Shown in pieces: positions 28,700 through 38,435 of a DNA stretch of 64,000 bases. The notes under the pieces are model-generated. The model had not been told where the DNA came from and did no database searches. It saw only the letters and a list, made by a program, of their open reading frames with translations. Location of the stretch: contig CAXXLQ010000004.1 of the NCBI GenBank assembly GCA_963668695.2, positions 1,952,001 through 2,016,000 on the forward strand, read 5' to 3'. This stretch comes from Vicinamibacteria bacterium (GTDB taxonomy: Bacteria; Acidobacteriota; Vicinamibacteria; Marinacidobacterales; Marinacidobacteraceae). How positions within the stretch are numbered: the stretch's first letter is position 1; every line of letters starts with the position of its first letter. The position numbers and the translations under genes are program-made.

Positions 28700-30088
28700 A
28701 TGACCCGGGCGTCCGGTTCGGTCCGTACCCGGATCGCTCCGTCGCCGACCGGCGACCCGCACGTCGGGACGGCCTACCAGGCGCTTCTCAACTACGCGTA
28801 CGCGAAGCGGCACGGGGGCGCCTTCTTGCTGCGGATCGAGGATACCGATCAGGCGCGCTCGACCAGGGCCTCGGAGGAAGCCATCCTGCGGTCGCTTCGC
28901 TGGCTCGGGCTCGAATGGGACGAGGGGCCCGACGTCGGGGGACCCTTCGCCCCGTACCGGCAGAGCGAAAGGGTGGAGGCCTGCCGCGAGATTGCCGAAC
29001 GGCTGCTGGGTGACGGGAAGGCGTATCGGGACTACGGGGAGGACGCCGGCGGCGCCTACGCAATCCGGCTCCGTACTCCGGCGGGCGGCCGTATCGCGCT
29101 TCCCGACCGGCTCCGGCAGGGCCTCTCCAAGGACTGGGAATCGGTGGACGATCCGGTGTTGCTCAAATCGGACGGTTTCCCGACGTATCACCTCGCCAAC
29201 GTGGTGGACGACCACCTGATGGAGATCTCGGATGTGATCCGCGGGGAGGAATGGATCGCCTCGCTCCCGAAACACCTGCTGCTCTACGAGACGCTGGGGT
29301 GGGAGCCGCCGTCCTTCTGGCACGTCCCCCTCCTCAGGAACAACGACAAGAACCGCACCAAACTGAGCAAGCGCAAGAGCCCGACCTCGATCGACTTCTA
29401 CCGCCAGGCCGGTTTCCTGCCCGAGGCGCTTCTCAACTTCCTCGGGATGCTCGCCTGGACGCGGGGGGAGGGCGAGGAGAAGTTCGCCCTGGGCGCTTTC
29501 GTCGACCACTTCGAACTCGGGTCGCTTTCGTTGGCCGGCGCCGTCTTCGACACCGAGAAGCTGGCCTGGCTGAACGGCCGCTACCTCCGGGAGGACTACG
29601 GACCCTCGGAGCTGGCCGGCCTCTTGCGGAACTGGCGGCTCGATGACGAAACGCTGGCGGGAATCGCGAAGCTGGCCCAGCCCCGGATGCGCACCCTCGG
29701 AGACTTCGGGCCGCTGGCCTCCCAGTTCTTCACGGATGAAACGCCCCGTGATCCCGACGTTCTCGCCGGAGGCGACGATGTCTCCGAAGTCGCCGAGTGG
29801 CTGTTGCTTTCGGAATGGGCGCTCGAGGACCTCCCGGAGTTCACCGCGGACGGCGTCCACCAGGCGCTTCGCAGCGCGGCGGAATCGCTCGGGGTCAAGC
29901 TCAGGAAGTTCACCCGACCTCTCTACGTGGCGATCAGCGGTTCTCAGTCGTCCACTCCCCTCTTCGGCTCGATGGTCCTGCTCGGGAGCGCGATGACGCG
30001 CATGCGTCTCCGCCGCGCCCGGGCGGCCCTCGGCGGCGTTCCCCGCCGCCGCGAAAAGGAACTGGGAATCCTCCGCAAGGGGGGCTAG
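28700..30088 (+). CDS. gltX: Glutamate--tRNA ligase
   Basis: RTRIAPSPTGDPHVGT, LRIEDTD, PYRQSER, PTYHLANVVDD, VIRGEEW and KLSKR motifs; anticodon domain present. Confidence 0.93.
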   Translation: MTRASGSVRTRIAPSPTGDPHVGTAYQALLNYAYAKRHGGAFLLRIEDTDQARSTRASEEAILRSLRWLGLEWDEGPDVGGPFAPYRQSERVEACREIAERLLGDGKAYRDYGEDAGGAYAIRLRTPAGGRIALPDRLRQGLSKDWESVDDPVLLKSDGFPTYHLANVVDDHLMEISDVIRGEEWIASLPKHLLLYETLGWEPPSFWHVPLLRNNDKNRTKLSKRKSPTSIDFYRQAGFLPEALLNFLGMLAWTRGEGEEKFALGAFVDHFELGSLSLAGAVFDTEKLAWLNGRYLREDYGPSELAGLLRNWRLDDETLAGIAKLAQPRMRTLGDFGPLASQFFTDETPRDPDVLAGGDDVSEVAEWLLLSEWALEDLPEFTADGVHQALRSAAESLGVKLRKFTRPLYVAISGSQSSTPLFGSMVLLGSAMTRMRLRRARAALGGVPRRREKELGILRKGG

Positions 30089-30340
30089 CAGCCTGTGGTG
30101 GAACCCGGGTGAGCGCCGAGAGCGGGGAGGCCCAGTTCTCCCGGTGGGGCCAGTCCTCCCGGTGGGGGCCCGGCTGACAAGGCGCGTGAGGGAGGAATAC
30201 CTGGTGTATTTCGACCGAAACGCAACGCAGAGCGCCGCAAAGCGCCAGTTCTCCCGGTGGGGGGGCGGTTCAGGCGGGATGGATCGCCGCTCGAGCCCCC
30301 ACCGGGAGAACTGGGCCGCGTGGGTTTCACCACAGGCTGC
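30088..30340 (+). mobile_element. MITE-like element (family A), 253 bp, inserted in the gltX stop codon
   Basis: TA|GCAGCC...GGCTGC|TA; its first base completes TAG. Confidence 0.88.
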
Positions 30341-30346
30341 TAGAGG

Positions 30347-30545
30347 GGGTAACGCGGCCTCCGGCCGGCATTGGTGGCGCGTAGGCTGGGAACGCCGGTG
30401 TTCACACCGGCATCCCCGCCGGAGGCGGGTAAACAGAGGGTTGCTGCCGGAACGGATGGTGCCCCAGCGGAGATGGCGTGGGGCCACCGCGTTAGAACGG
30501 CGCCCAGGCAAGGGACCGCTGGCCTCCGGCCGGCATCGCGCGGGA
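30347..30545. repeat. Cluster of REP-like hairpins (family B)
   Basis: GGGAACGCCGGTGTTCACACCGGCATC and GGGACCGCTGGCCTCCGGCCGGCATCGCG, related to copies near 41500, 55187 and 63495. Confidence 0.6.
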
Positions 30546-30625
30546 GCGCGAAACCAGTGCCGATGGTGCGGTGCCACGTCGGCCTGAGTGCTACACCCCT
30601 CTCCCGACCCCGGTTGCGCGACCGC

Positions 30626-30868
30626 TCAAGGCCGTCCCGCGTTCTTCATCGCACGCAGAACATCTTCACTGGTATCCACTGCGCCGATGGACTGCTGGCG
30701 CCGCCGGATGCGTTCGAGCAACTGCTCGGCGTCCACGCTCCGATGTCCAAACGACTCCTCGAGCCGGACGACGATCTCGGCGCTGACGGTGCGGCAGTTC
30801 AGCGCGGCGGCCTGCCGGATCTTGCGGAGTAGGCCGTCGGGAATTCCGCGGAGGACGATTCTGGACAC
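30626..30868 (-). CDS. Arc/FitA-like ribbon-helix-helix DNA-binding protein (antitoxin-like)
   Basis: IVLRGIPDGLLRKIRQAAALNCRTVSAEIVVRLE, C-terminal ..NAGRP. Confidence 0.7.
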   Translation of the reverse strand: MSRIVLRGIPDGLLRKIRQAAALNCRTVSAEIVVRLEESFGHRSVDAEQLLERIRRRQQSIGAVDTSEDVLRAMKNAGRP

Positions 30869-30887
30869 GAGGCAGCAATCCGCGGCG

Positions 30888-32108
30888 TCAGCGGATGTCC
30901 CAGCGGTACAGCCGGGACACGTCCTTCACGTAGATCCGCCCGCCGGTCACCGTCGGCTGGGCCCAGGTCTCGCTCTCTGCCACCTCGTAACGCCGGAGCT
31001 CCCTGAGCCCGGTGCGTCCGGCCTCGAAGATCACGAGTTCCGCGTCATCCTCCAACGAGAACACGATGTCTCCGGCGCGCACGAGAGCGGCGTTTTCCGC
31101 CTGGCGCGGGGCGCTTTCCCAAAGCGCCTCTCCGGAATCGAGGTCGAGGGCGAAGTACTGGCCGCTGTTCAGGTGCGAGAGCCCGAACATCACCCCGTCG
31201 CGAACCACTGGGTTCGCCATGTGGAGCGAGAACTCGCCGGTGCTCCACACGTCTTCCGTGGTCCACGCGCCACCGTTGCGAGTCGCCCGCAATGCGACCA
31301 CCCCGTTCGCCCGGCCGTTCTGGATCACGAGATTTCCGTGGAGCACCGGAGTCTGCGAGGTCGTGTTGGAAGGGGTGGTGAACGGCCGGCTCCAGAGAAG
31401 GGTCCCGTCCGCGAAGTCGACCCCGATGAAGTGTTCCTGCGTGAAGGTCACCACCTGTTCCATCCCGTCCAGTTCGAAGAGCATCGGCGACCCGTAGGCG
31501 GGTCCGTCGCCGTCCCAACTCCAGCGCACCTCTCCGGTCTCCGTGTCGAACGCGGTAAGCGCCCCGTCGTTGTGCCCGCCGACGTGGACGATGACGACCC
31601 CCGCGTGAACGAGCGGCGAGGCGCCCGTGTGGTAGAGCGGGATCACCGGGCTCCCGGGCACGTGCCAGAGCTGCTCTCCGGTGGCCGCGTCAAAGGCCGT
31701 CACCGATCCGGTCATCCCGTGGACGAACAACCGTCCCCCGGCGAACGCGGGGGTGGACTTCGGGCCCGGCCCGTGCCGCCGGGTCGCGGAAATCATCTCG
31801 AAAGGAGCGGCATACGCCGAACGCCAGCGGGTCTCTCCGGTCTCGGGATCGAGCGAGAGGAGAACCTCCTCCTCACCCTGGCGGACGAACAGCCAGAGGT
31901 TTCCGTCCACCAGGATGGGTGTCGCGTAGCCCGATCCGACCTCGACCGACCACGCTCGGGAGAGAGTCTCCGGCCAGGCCGCGGGGGCCTCGAAACCGGA
32001 CACCGCCCCGTCCCGTGCCGGGCCTCGCCACTGCGGCCAGTCCTGGGCGGCGGCGAGAGCCGGGAGCAGTGCGGCCAGCGCTGCTGCTCGGGAGAGCCTT
32101 ATCCTCAT
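30888..32108 (-). CDS. PQQ-binding-like beta-propeller repeat protein (BamB-like)
   Basis: Signal peptide, DWPQWRGPARDG, repeated AFDxxTGExxW; start set at ATG behind GGAGG. Confidence 0.85.
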   Translation of the reverse strand: MRIRLSRAAALAALLPALAAAQDWPQWRGPARDGAVSGFEAPAAWPETLSRAWSVEVGSGYATPILVDGNLWLFVRQGEEEVLLSLDPETGETRWRSAYAAPFEMISATRRHGPGPKSTPAFAGGRLFVHGMTGSVTAFDAATGEQLWHVPGSPVIPLYHTGASPLVHAGVVIVHVGGHNDGALTAFDTETGEVRWSWDGDGPAYGSPMLFELDGMEQVVTFTQEHFIGVDFADGTLLWSRPFTTPSNTTSQTPVLHGNLVIQNGRANGVVALRATRNGGAWTTEDVWSTGEFSLHMANPVVRDGVMFGLSHLNSGQYFALDLDSGEALWESAPRQAENAALVRAGDIVFSLEDDAELVIFEAGRTGLRELRRYEVAESETWAQPTVTGGRIYVKDVSRLYRWDIR

Positions 32109-32196
32109 GCCGTTTCCTCCGGATCGAGCGCCTTCCGGCGCGGCGGGTATTGTCCCATCCGGGGAATACGGCGCCGCCGACAGGAGAACCTCGCTG

Positions 32197-33792
32197 ATGC
32201 CTTTTCGGAACCGCTGGACCGGGCTCCTGCCCGCCATCGTCCTTGCTTTATCGGCCGCCGCCTGCGGCGACGGCCCCCATGACCTTCTCATTCGGGGTGG
32301 CACGGTCCACGACGGCAGCGGCGCCGATCCCTACATCGCCGACATCGCGGTCACGGACGACCGGATCACCTTCATGGGCGACGCCGATGCCGAAGGCGTG
32401 ACGGCCGAGGAAAACGTGGAGGCCGAGGGACTCATCGTGGCGCCGGGATTCATCGACATGCATTCGCATTCCCAGATCGGGCAGGAGTGGGCAAAGGAGG
32501 CGCTGCCGTTCCTCTATCAGGGAATTACGACCGTCGTCGTCGGCGCCGACGGCGGCGGGTCGCCTGACGTGAGCGACACCCTCGCCGGCTGGGAGGCGAG
32601 CGGAATCGGGGTGAACGCCCTCACCTATGTGGGTCACGGCGCGGTGCGGCGCCGGGTGCTCGGCGAGGAGAACCGCGCCCCCACCGACGACGAACTCGAC
32701 CGCATGCGGGGGCTCGTGCGGAAGGGTCTCGAAGAAGGCGCCTTCGGGCTGTCCAGCGGTCTCTTCTACATACCGGGGAACTACGCGACCACGGAAGAGG
32801 TGATCGAGCTGGCGCGGGTGGCGGCTGAGTACAAGCCCGCCATCTACGACACCCACGACCGTGATCTCGGAGCCGCTTACCCGAGCTTCGGCTACCTGGC
32901 CTCCATCGAAGAAGCCATCCGCATCGGTGAGGAGTCCGGGACCAAGGTCATCTTCAGCCACTTCAACGCGCAGGGGGCCGCCAACTACGGCCGGGCCCCG
33001 GAGGGCGCCGCGCTGATCGAGGCGGCCCGCGAACGCGGGGTGCCGGTCTTCGGGGCGCAACACGTTTACACCGCCACGCAGTCGAGCCTCCGGGCCTACA
33101 CCGTTCCCCGCTGGGCCTCGGCGGGGGGACGCGACACCATGCTCGACCGCTTCGACGATTCCGACACCGCTCGTGTCCTCGACGAGGCGACCGCCGAGAT
33201 GCTGGCCATCCGGGGCGGTGCCGAGAAGATCCGGTTCTCCGACGCGCGTCCGCACCTGAACGGGCGGACCCTCGCGGAGGTCGCCGAGGAATGGGGAGTG
33301 CCTGCTCCGGAAGCGGCGCGGCGGATCCTGAGCGAAGGGAACGCCTCGGTGATGAACATCGGCCTCTACGACCCGGTGAACACCGGCTACCTCGCCGAGC
33401 AGGATTGGATGATGACCTGTACCGACGGCCGCGACATCGAGCCCGATATCCCCGTCGGCCACCCGCGCGTGTACGGCGCCTTCACCAAGAAACTTCGCGA
33501 CTTTGTCCTCGACGAGCCGCGGATCTCCATGCCGTTCGCCATCCGCAGCATGAGCGGCCTCGCCGCCGAGTTCCTCGACCTCGACGATCGCGGCTTCCTG
33601 CGGGAGGAGATGAAGGCGGACATCGTCATCCTCGATCCGGAGCGGATCCGGGACCGGGCCACCTACGACGAACCCCACCAGTACTCGGAGGGGACTGTGC
33701 ACGTGCTGGTGAACGGCCAGTTCGCGGTCCGGGACGGCGCCCACACCGGCGTTCTCGCCGGGCGAGCCCTGCGGCCGAGTCCCGGTGGCTGA
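32197..33792 (+). CDS. N-acyl-D-amino-acid deacylase (amidohydrolase), probable lipoprotein
   Basis: APGFIDMHSH, QGITT, GLSSGLFYIPG, GHPRVYGAF and KADIVILD motifs; lipobox-like SAAAC. Confidence 0.85.
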   Translation: MPFRNRWTGLLPAIVLALSAAACGDGPHDLLIRGGTVHDGSGADPYIADIAVTDDRITFMGDADAEGVTAEENVEAEGLIVAPGFIDMHSHSQIGQEWAKEALPFLYQGITTVVVGADGGGSPDVSDTLAGWEASGIGVNALTYVGHGAVRRRVLGEENRAPTDDELDRMRGLVRKGLEEGAFGLSSGLFYIPGNYATTEEVIELARVAAEYKPAIYDTHDRDLGAAYPSFGYLASIEEAIRIGEESGTKVIFSHFNAQGAANYGRAPEGAALIEAARERGVPVFGAQHVYTATQSSLRAYTVPRWASAGGRDTMLDRFDDSDTARVLDEATAEMLAIRGGAEKIRFSDARPHLNGRTLAEVAEEWGVPAPEAARRILSEGNASVMNIGLYDPVNTGYLAEQDWMMTCTDGRDIEPDIPVGHPRVYGAFTKKLRDFVLDEPRISMPFAIRSMSGLAAEFLDLDDRGFLREEMKADIVILDPERIRDRATYDEPHQYSEGTVHVLVNGQFAVRDGAHTGVLAGRALRPSPGG

Positions 33793-33856
33793 GGGGCCGG
33801 CGCCGGTGGTGTTTGCCCGTCTGACAGAATCCCGCCTCCATCAGGAGGATCCATCC

Positions 33857-34336
33857 ATGCGCTTTTCGCGGTTCCCCGCCATTCTTGCCACTCTTTCGCT
33901 GGGGCTCGGTCTCGTAGCCTGCGCCGCCGCCCAGGACGATTCCAACCCGCGCTTCGGGATCTGGAGGCTGCGCTCCGACAACCCGCCGCCCTACCAGAAC
34001 ATCATGACCTACGCCCCCCATGGCGACGGGGGCATGAGCATCACCGTGGCCACCACGAACGCCGAGGGCAACGAGTCGGTGTGGGGCTACGCGACGATGT
34101 TCGATGGCGTCTTTCGCCCCGTGGAGGGACTCGAAAACTCCGAGACGGCTGTCGAGGTCGTTGACGAGCAAAGCACCCGGATCTCCAACATGCGCAGCGG
34201 CACCGTGTACCAGGTGATCATCAACACCCTCTCCGACGACGGCAACCGCATCGACAACGAATACGTCCGGATGGACGCCGAGGGAAAGATCACCCGCGTC
34301 ACCCACGCGATCTACGACCGCGTCCAGGAGGAGTGA
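33857..34336 (+). CDS. Secreted/lipoprotein hypothetical (beta-barrel-like)
   Basis: AGGAGG RBS, signal peptide, FGIWRL start and IYDRV end. Confidence 0.7.
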   Translation: MRFSRFPAILATLSLGLGLVACAAAQDDSNPRFGIWRLRSDNPPPYQNIMTYAPHGDGGMSITVATTNAEGNESVWGYATMFDGVFRPVEGLENSETAVEVVDEQSTRISNMRSGTVYQVIINTLSDDGNRIDNEYVRMDAEGKITRVTHAIYDRVQEE

Positions 34337-34338
34337 CC

Positions 34339-34725
34339 GTGGCTGGGGGGAACCTCACCTGGCGGTACCACCGCCCCGGCTGAACGAGCTGCAAGCGGAC
34401 GCAGGAGTTCCTTGCGCAAAAGGGCATTGCCGACGGCGCAGTTCAAAACGCCAACAAGTCCCCGATCCTGGGCGACCAGTCCCTCGCGCTCCTCGAGGGT
34501 GTGAGCGAGCTTCTGGTCGCGAAGGGCCGGAAGGTGGAGCGCTTCGACCTCACGGGCGACCGCCCGGATGACGCGGTGCTGACCGGCGCCATCGTCGGCA
34601 GCTACACGAGCCTGACCGACCTGCTGCTCGGCCGCTCGGGCAAGCTACGCGCCCCCACCATGCGGGTCGGGGACCGGCTGGTCGTCGGTTACAACCAGGC
34701 GCTGCTGGAGCAGGTTTTCGCATAG
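34339..34725 (+). CDS. ArsC/Spx-like thioredoxin-fold selenoprotein (UxxC; in-frame UGA at 34381-34383)
   Basis: AGGAGG RBS then GTG 34339: MAGGNLTWRYHRPG-U-TSCKRTQEFLAQKG...GRSGKLRAPTMRVGDRLVVGYN; same frame as track ORF 34501-34725. Confidence 0.85.
34391..34415 (+). promoter_or_regulatory. Putative bacterial SECIS hairpin
   Basis: GCAAG-C-GGAC-[GCAGGA]-GTTC-CTTGC; G-starting apical loop 17 nt after the UGA. Confidence 0.65.
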
Positions 34726-34770
34726 CCGGACTGGCCGCTCGGCGTCTGACGCGCGTACTGCCGCTCGAAG

Positions 34771-35196
34771 ATGAGCTTCGTTGAAGCGGTTAGCACCTGT
34801 CTTTTCCGGAAGTACTTCGAGTTCCGGGGACGGGCGTCCCGGGCCGAGTACTGGTGGTTTGTGGTCTTTGGCGTATCCGTGAATGTGGCCGCCGCCGTGG
34901 CCGGGATCCGACCTCTCTCGTACCTGGTGACCGCCCTATTGGTCGTGCCTCAGATGGCGGTAACGGTGCGGAGGCTCCACGACACGAATCGGTCCGGATG
35001 GTGGATTCTGCTCTACGTAGCTGGTTGGATTCCCGGGGTCGGATTCTGGGTCGGCTTGATGCCGGGCTTGGTTATGTTGTGGTTCATGATCCAGAAGGGC
35101 GACGCCTCCGACAACCGGTACGGACCCAACCCCGCTCCGGACGCCGTGCTCGGCCTTTCCGGGCCTGGCGTTCCGCCCTCACGGAACCGGGACTGA
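34771..35196 (+). CDS. DUF805 (YhaH-like) inner membrane protein
   Basis: KYFEFRGRASRAEYWWF, AVTVRRLHDTNRSGWW and NRYGPNP motifs. Confidence 0.92.
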   Translation: MSFVEAVSTCLFRKYFEFRGRASRAEYWWFVVFGVSVNVAAAVAGIRPLSYLVTALLVVPQMAVTVRRLHDTNRSGWWILLYVAGWIPGVGFWVGLMPGLVMLWFMIQKGDASDNRYGPNPAPDAVLGLSGPGVPPSRNRD

Positions 35197-35226
35197 ACCA
35201 GCAGGGTCCGTGCCCGCCGGCCAGGA

Positions 35227-35613
35227 TCAGGTGAGCGGCTGCCAGAGACCGATGATGTTGCCCTCCGGGTCCTTGACCTGGGCATAGATCCCCATGTTCG
35301 GGATCTCCGTTGGGCCCATCAAGCGTTCCCCGCCGGCTGCCTCGACGTCGCCGACGCGTTGTTCGCACGAGGGCACTTCGATCACCAGGACCGGAGACCC
35401 ACTGCCTCCTCCGTCACCACGGGGAACCATCCCTCCGTTGATGCCGCCGGGCGTCGTCGGATTCCCCTGTTCGTCCGCCGGGGTCGTGACCACGAAGGTG
35501 TAGGGCATATCTCCGGGCACATCGGAGATATGCCAACCGAACACCTCCTGATAGAACGCCGTCGCGCGCGACTTGTCGCTGAAAGGGATCTCGAAGTGGC
35601 AGACGCGGTCCAT
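35227..35613 (-). CDS. VOC/glyoxalase family protein
   Basis: VCHFEIP, FYQEVFGW, GGINGG and KDPEGNIIGLWQ motifs. Confidence 0.9.
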   Translation of the reverse strand: MDRVCHFEIPFSDKSRATAFYQEVFGWHISDVPGDMPYTFVVTTPADEQGNPTTPGGINGGMVPRGDGGGSGSPVLVIEVPSCEQRVGDVEAAGGERLMGPTEIPNMGIYAQVKDPEGNIIGLWQPLT

Positions 35614-35788
35614 GAAAGCTCTTCCTTGGGAGTAGGGAAAGGGTGTTGAATCAGCCGAACGATCCGGCTGCGGCTGTTGTTCCACGGCACCCAACGCTAA
35701 CTGGCTGCGAGGACCGGCGGCCCCTCATCGACCGGGGTTGTGAAGTCCCGCCCGAAACTCCACACTAATTCGGCTCAGGAGGAATCCC

Positions 35789-37849
35789 ATGAGAACTCTT
35801 CGCATCGCGCTTGCCGCGCTCCTGCTTGCCGGCGCCGCCTCCGCCCAGGAGACCGCGGGCGACGGCACGCTCACCGCGTCCCACATCCTGGACTGGGAAC
35901 GGGTGAGCGGCCCGGCCATCTCACCCGATGGCTCCGTCGTCATCTACACCCGCAGCCACGTGGACCAGGCGAAGGACCGCTGGGCCCCCGAGCTCTGGAT
36001 CGTGAACGCCGACGGCAGCCGGAACCGCTTCCTCACCAAGGGCTCGGGCCCCATGTGGTCGCCGGACGGGACGCGAATCGCCTTCCTGGCCGCGGTAGGG
36101 GACGGCGGGCCTCAGATCTTCGTCCGCTGGATGGACGCCGAGGGCGCCACCTCGCAGATCACCCGGGACGCTCCCACCCCGCGCGACATCCACTGGTCGC
36201 CGGACTCCGGGCTCATTGCCTTCACCCGGATGGAGGCCGCTCCCGAGGACTGGGACCTCCCCTCGATGCCGAGCGCCCCGGACGGCGCCAAGTGGACGAA
36301 GACGCCGCGGATCGTCCGGAAGATGCACTTCCGGCAGGACCGGGTGGGATTCCTCGAGGAAGGCTACCGGCACCTCTTCGTCGTTCCGGCTGACGGCGGG
36401 GCGGCGCGCCAGCTCACCGAAGGCGCTTGGCACGTGGGTTCGCGGGGCGCGGTCGGGCTTGACTACGGGGCGGGTCTCGACTGGACCCCGGACGGCAGGG
36501 GACTGGTCTTCGACGCCTCTCGCGAGGAGGACGCCGACCTCCGCTATCGGGAGTCGCACATTCACTACGTGGATATCGAGAGCGGCGCCATCCGCCAGAT
36601 CACCGAGAAACGCGGCCCGTGGGCGGGTCCCGTGATGTCTCCCGACGGCAAGCACGTCGCCTTCGGTGGCTTCGACTGGACGGAGCAGACTTACAAGGTC
36701 AGCGACTTACAGGTGATCGGGTTCGACGGCTCGGCGATGCGCTCCCTCTCGGCGAGCCTCGACCGGGACGCCAACAACCCGATCTGGTCGCCCGACAGCG
36801 ACCGGATCTTCTTCACCGCCGACGACCGCGGCTCGCGGAACCTCCACGTGGCCTCGCTCGACGGAGCGACCAGCCCGGTGACCGAGGGCACCCATCTGCT
36901 CACCGTGAACACCATCTCGGCGACCGGGGTCGCCGCGGCCACCCGGACCTCTTTCCACGAGCCCGCCGACGTCGTGGTGTTCCCGGTTTCCGACCCGACC
37001 CGGACCACGAAGGTCACCGCGGTGAACGACGATGTGCTCGCCGGGATCGAACTCGGCGAGGTGGAGGAACTCTGGTACGACTCCACCGACGGGACCCGGG
37101 CGCAGGGCTGGGTCGTCAAACCGCCCGGTTTCGACCCCTCCCAGGAGTACCCGATGGTGCTCCACATCCACGGGGGGCCCCACGGGATGTACAACGTCGG
37201 CTTCAACAACTCCTTCCAGAACTTCGCCGCGAACGGGTATCTCCTGCTCTACACGAACCCCCGCGGGAGCACCGGCTACGGGACCGATTTCGGCAACGCG
37301 ATCGACAACGGCTACCCGAGCGTGGACTACGACGACCTGATGGCCGGGGTGGACGCGACGATCGAGCGCGGCTACGTGGACGAGACCCGGATGTACGTCA
37401 CCGGATGCAGCGGGGGCGGGGTTTTGTCATCGTGGGTGATCGGCCAGACGAACCGCTTCGCCGCCGCCGCGGTGCGCTGCCCCGTGGTGAACTGGATGAG
37501 CTTCGCCGGCACCGCGGACATCGTGCGATGGGGTTACAACCGCTACCACGGCTTCCCGTGGGACAACGCCGAGAAGTATCTGGAGCACTCGCCGCTGATG
37601 TACGTGGGCCGGGTCACCACCCCGACGCTGCTGATGACCGGGGAACTCGATCTGCGCACCCCGATGAGCCAGACCGAGGAGTACTACCAGGCGCTCAAGG
37701 CGCTGGACGTGCCGGCCGAGATGGTGCGCTTCTACGACGAGTACCACGGAACCAGTTCCCAGCCCTCGAACTTCATCCGCACCCAGCTCTACATGCTCGA
37801 CTGGTTCTCGCGCTACACGCGCGATCCGGCCCGGGAGACGGATCCATGA
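35789..37849 (+). CDS. S9 family peptidase (acylaminoacyl-peptidase-like), secreted
   Basis: Signal peptide, WSPDG propeller repeats, IHGGPH, NPRGSTGYG, GCSGGG, GELDLR and EYHG motifs. Confidence 0.92.
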   Translation: MRTLRIALAALLLAGAASAQETAGDGTLTASHILDWERVSGPAISPDGSVVIYTRSHVDQAKDRWAPELWIVNADGSRNRFLTKGSGPMWSPDGTRIAFLAAVGDGGPQIFVRWMDAEGATSQITRDAPTPRDIHWSPDSGLIAFTRMEAAPEDWDLPSMPSAPDGAKWTKTPRIVRKMHFRQDRVGFLEEGYRHLFVVPADGGAARQLTEGAWHVGSRGAVGLDYGAGLDWTPDGRGLVFDASREEDADLRYRESHIHYVDIESGAIRQITEKRGPWAGPVMSPDGKHVAFGGFDWTEQTYKVSDLQVIGFDGSAMRSLSASLDRDANNPIWSPDSDRIFFTADDRGSRNLHVASLDGATSPVTEGTHLLTVNTISATGVAAATRTSFHEPADVVVFPVSDPTRTTKVTAVNDDVLAGIELGEVEELWYDSTDGTRAQGWVVKPPGFDPSQEYPMVLHIHGGPHGMYNVGFNNSFQNFAANGYLLLYTNPRGSTGYGTDFGNAIDNGYPSVDYDDLMAGVDATIERGYVDETRMYVTGCSGGGVLSSWVIGQTNRFAAAAVRCPVVNWMSFAGTADIVRWGYNRYHGFPWDNAEKYLEHSPLMYVGRVTTPTLLMTGELDLRTPMSQTEEYYQALKALDVPAEMVRFYDEYHGTSSQPSNFIRTQLYMLDWFSRYTRDPARETDP

Positions 37850-38319
37850 CCCCCACCCGAATTTCACGCCGCGCCGCCTTCGGCCTCTTCTCCCTCCTGA
37901 CCGCGGGACTCGGTCTTGCCGCCGGCTTTGCGCTGGGCCGTTCCACACCTTCTGTCCAGGGCGGCGATCTCGGCACGTTCGTCAGCACCAGCGGCACCGA
38001 GATCGAGTTGCTGCTGTCGGCATCCAACCTCGGCGGAAGCGAGATCCAGATCGGCGAGATCACCTTCCCGCCGGGCGCGAACTCCGGGGGCCACCTCCAC
38101 GGCGCGACTGAGGTCTTCTACGTGCTGGAAGGGGAACTCGAGCACGTGGTGGACGGGGTCTCCCAGATCCTGGGTCCCGGCGATCTCGGCTTCGTTCGTC
38201 CGCCGTCCGAGGTGAACCACATCACCTCGCCGGACGGAGGGCCGGTCCGAGCCCTCGTGATCTGGGCGCCCGGCGGCGAGGGGACCCGCATCGTGGGACC
38301 CTGGCGGCGTAGCGAGTAG
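37846..38319 (+). CDS. Cupin domain protein with signal/anchor
   Basis: ATGA overlap with the peptidase; GGHLHGATEVFYVLEGE...VNH cupin motifs. Confidence 0.85.
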   Translation: MTPTRISRRAAFGLFSLLTAGLGLAAGFALGRSTPSVQGGDLGTFVSTSGTEIELLLSASNLGGSEIQIGEITFPPGANSGGHLHGATEVFYVLEGELEHVVDGVSQILGPGDLGFVRPPSEVNHITSPDGGPVRALVIWAPGGEGTRIVGPWRRSE

Positions 38320-38435
38320 CTCATCGCCCGCCGGCTTCCGGCGAACCGAAGCGCCTCCGGCTTCGTAAGAGGTAGGAAACCTCGGGGTTTGGTGCGCCTC
38401 CTTCCGCCTCCACCCCGAGGCCGGAGGGGAGAGGA

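Noticed and set aside
21464-30577. Long minus-strand ORFs of 918 aa and 1176 aa
   Set aside because: They are antisense shadows of well-supported plus-strand genes in GC-rich DNA.
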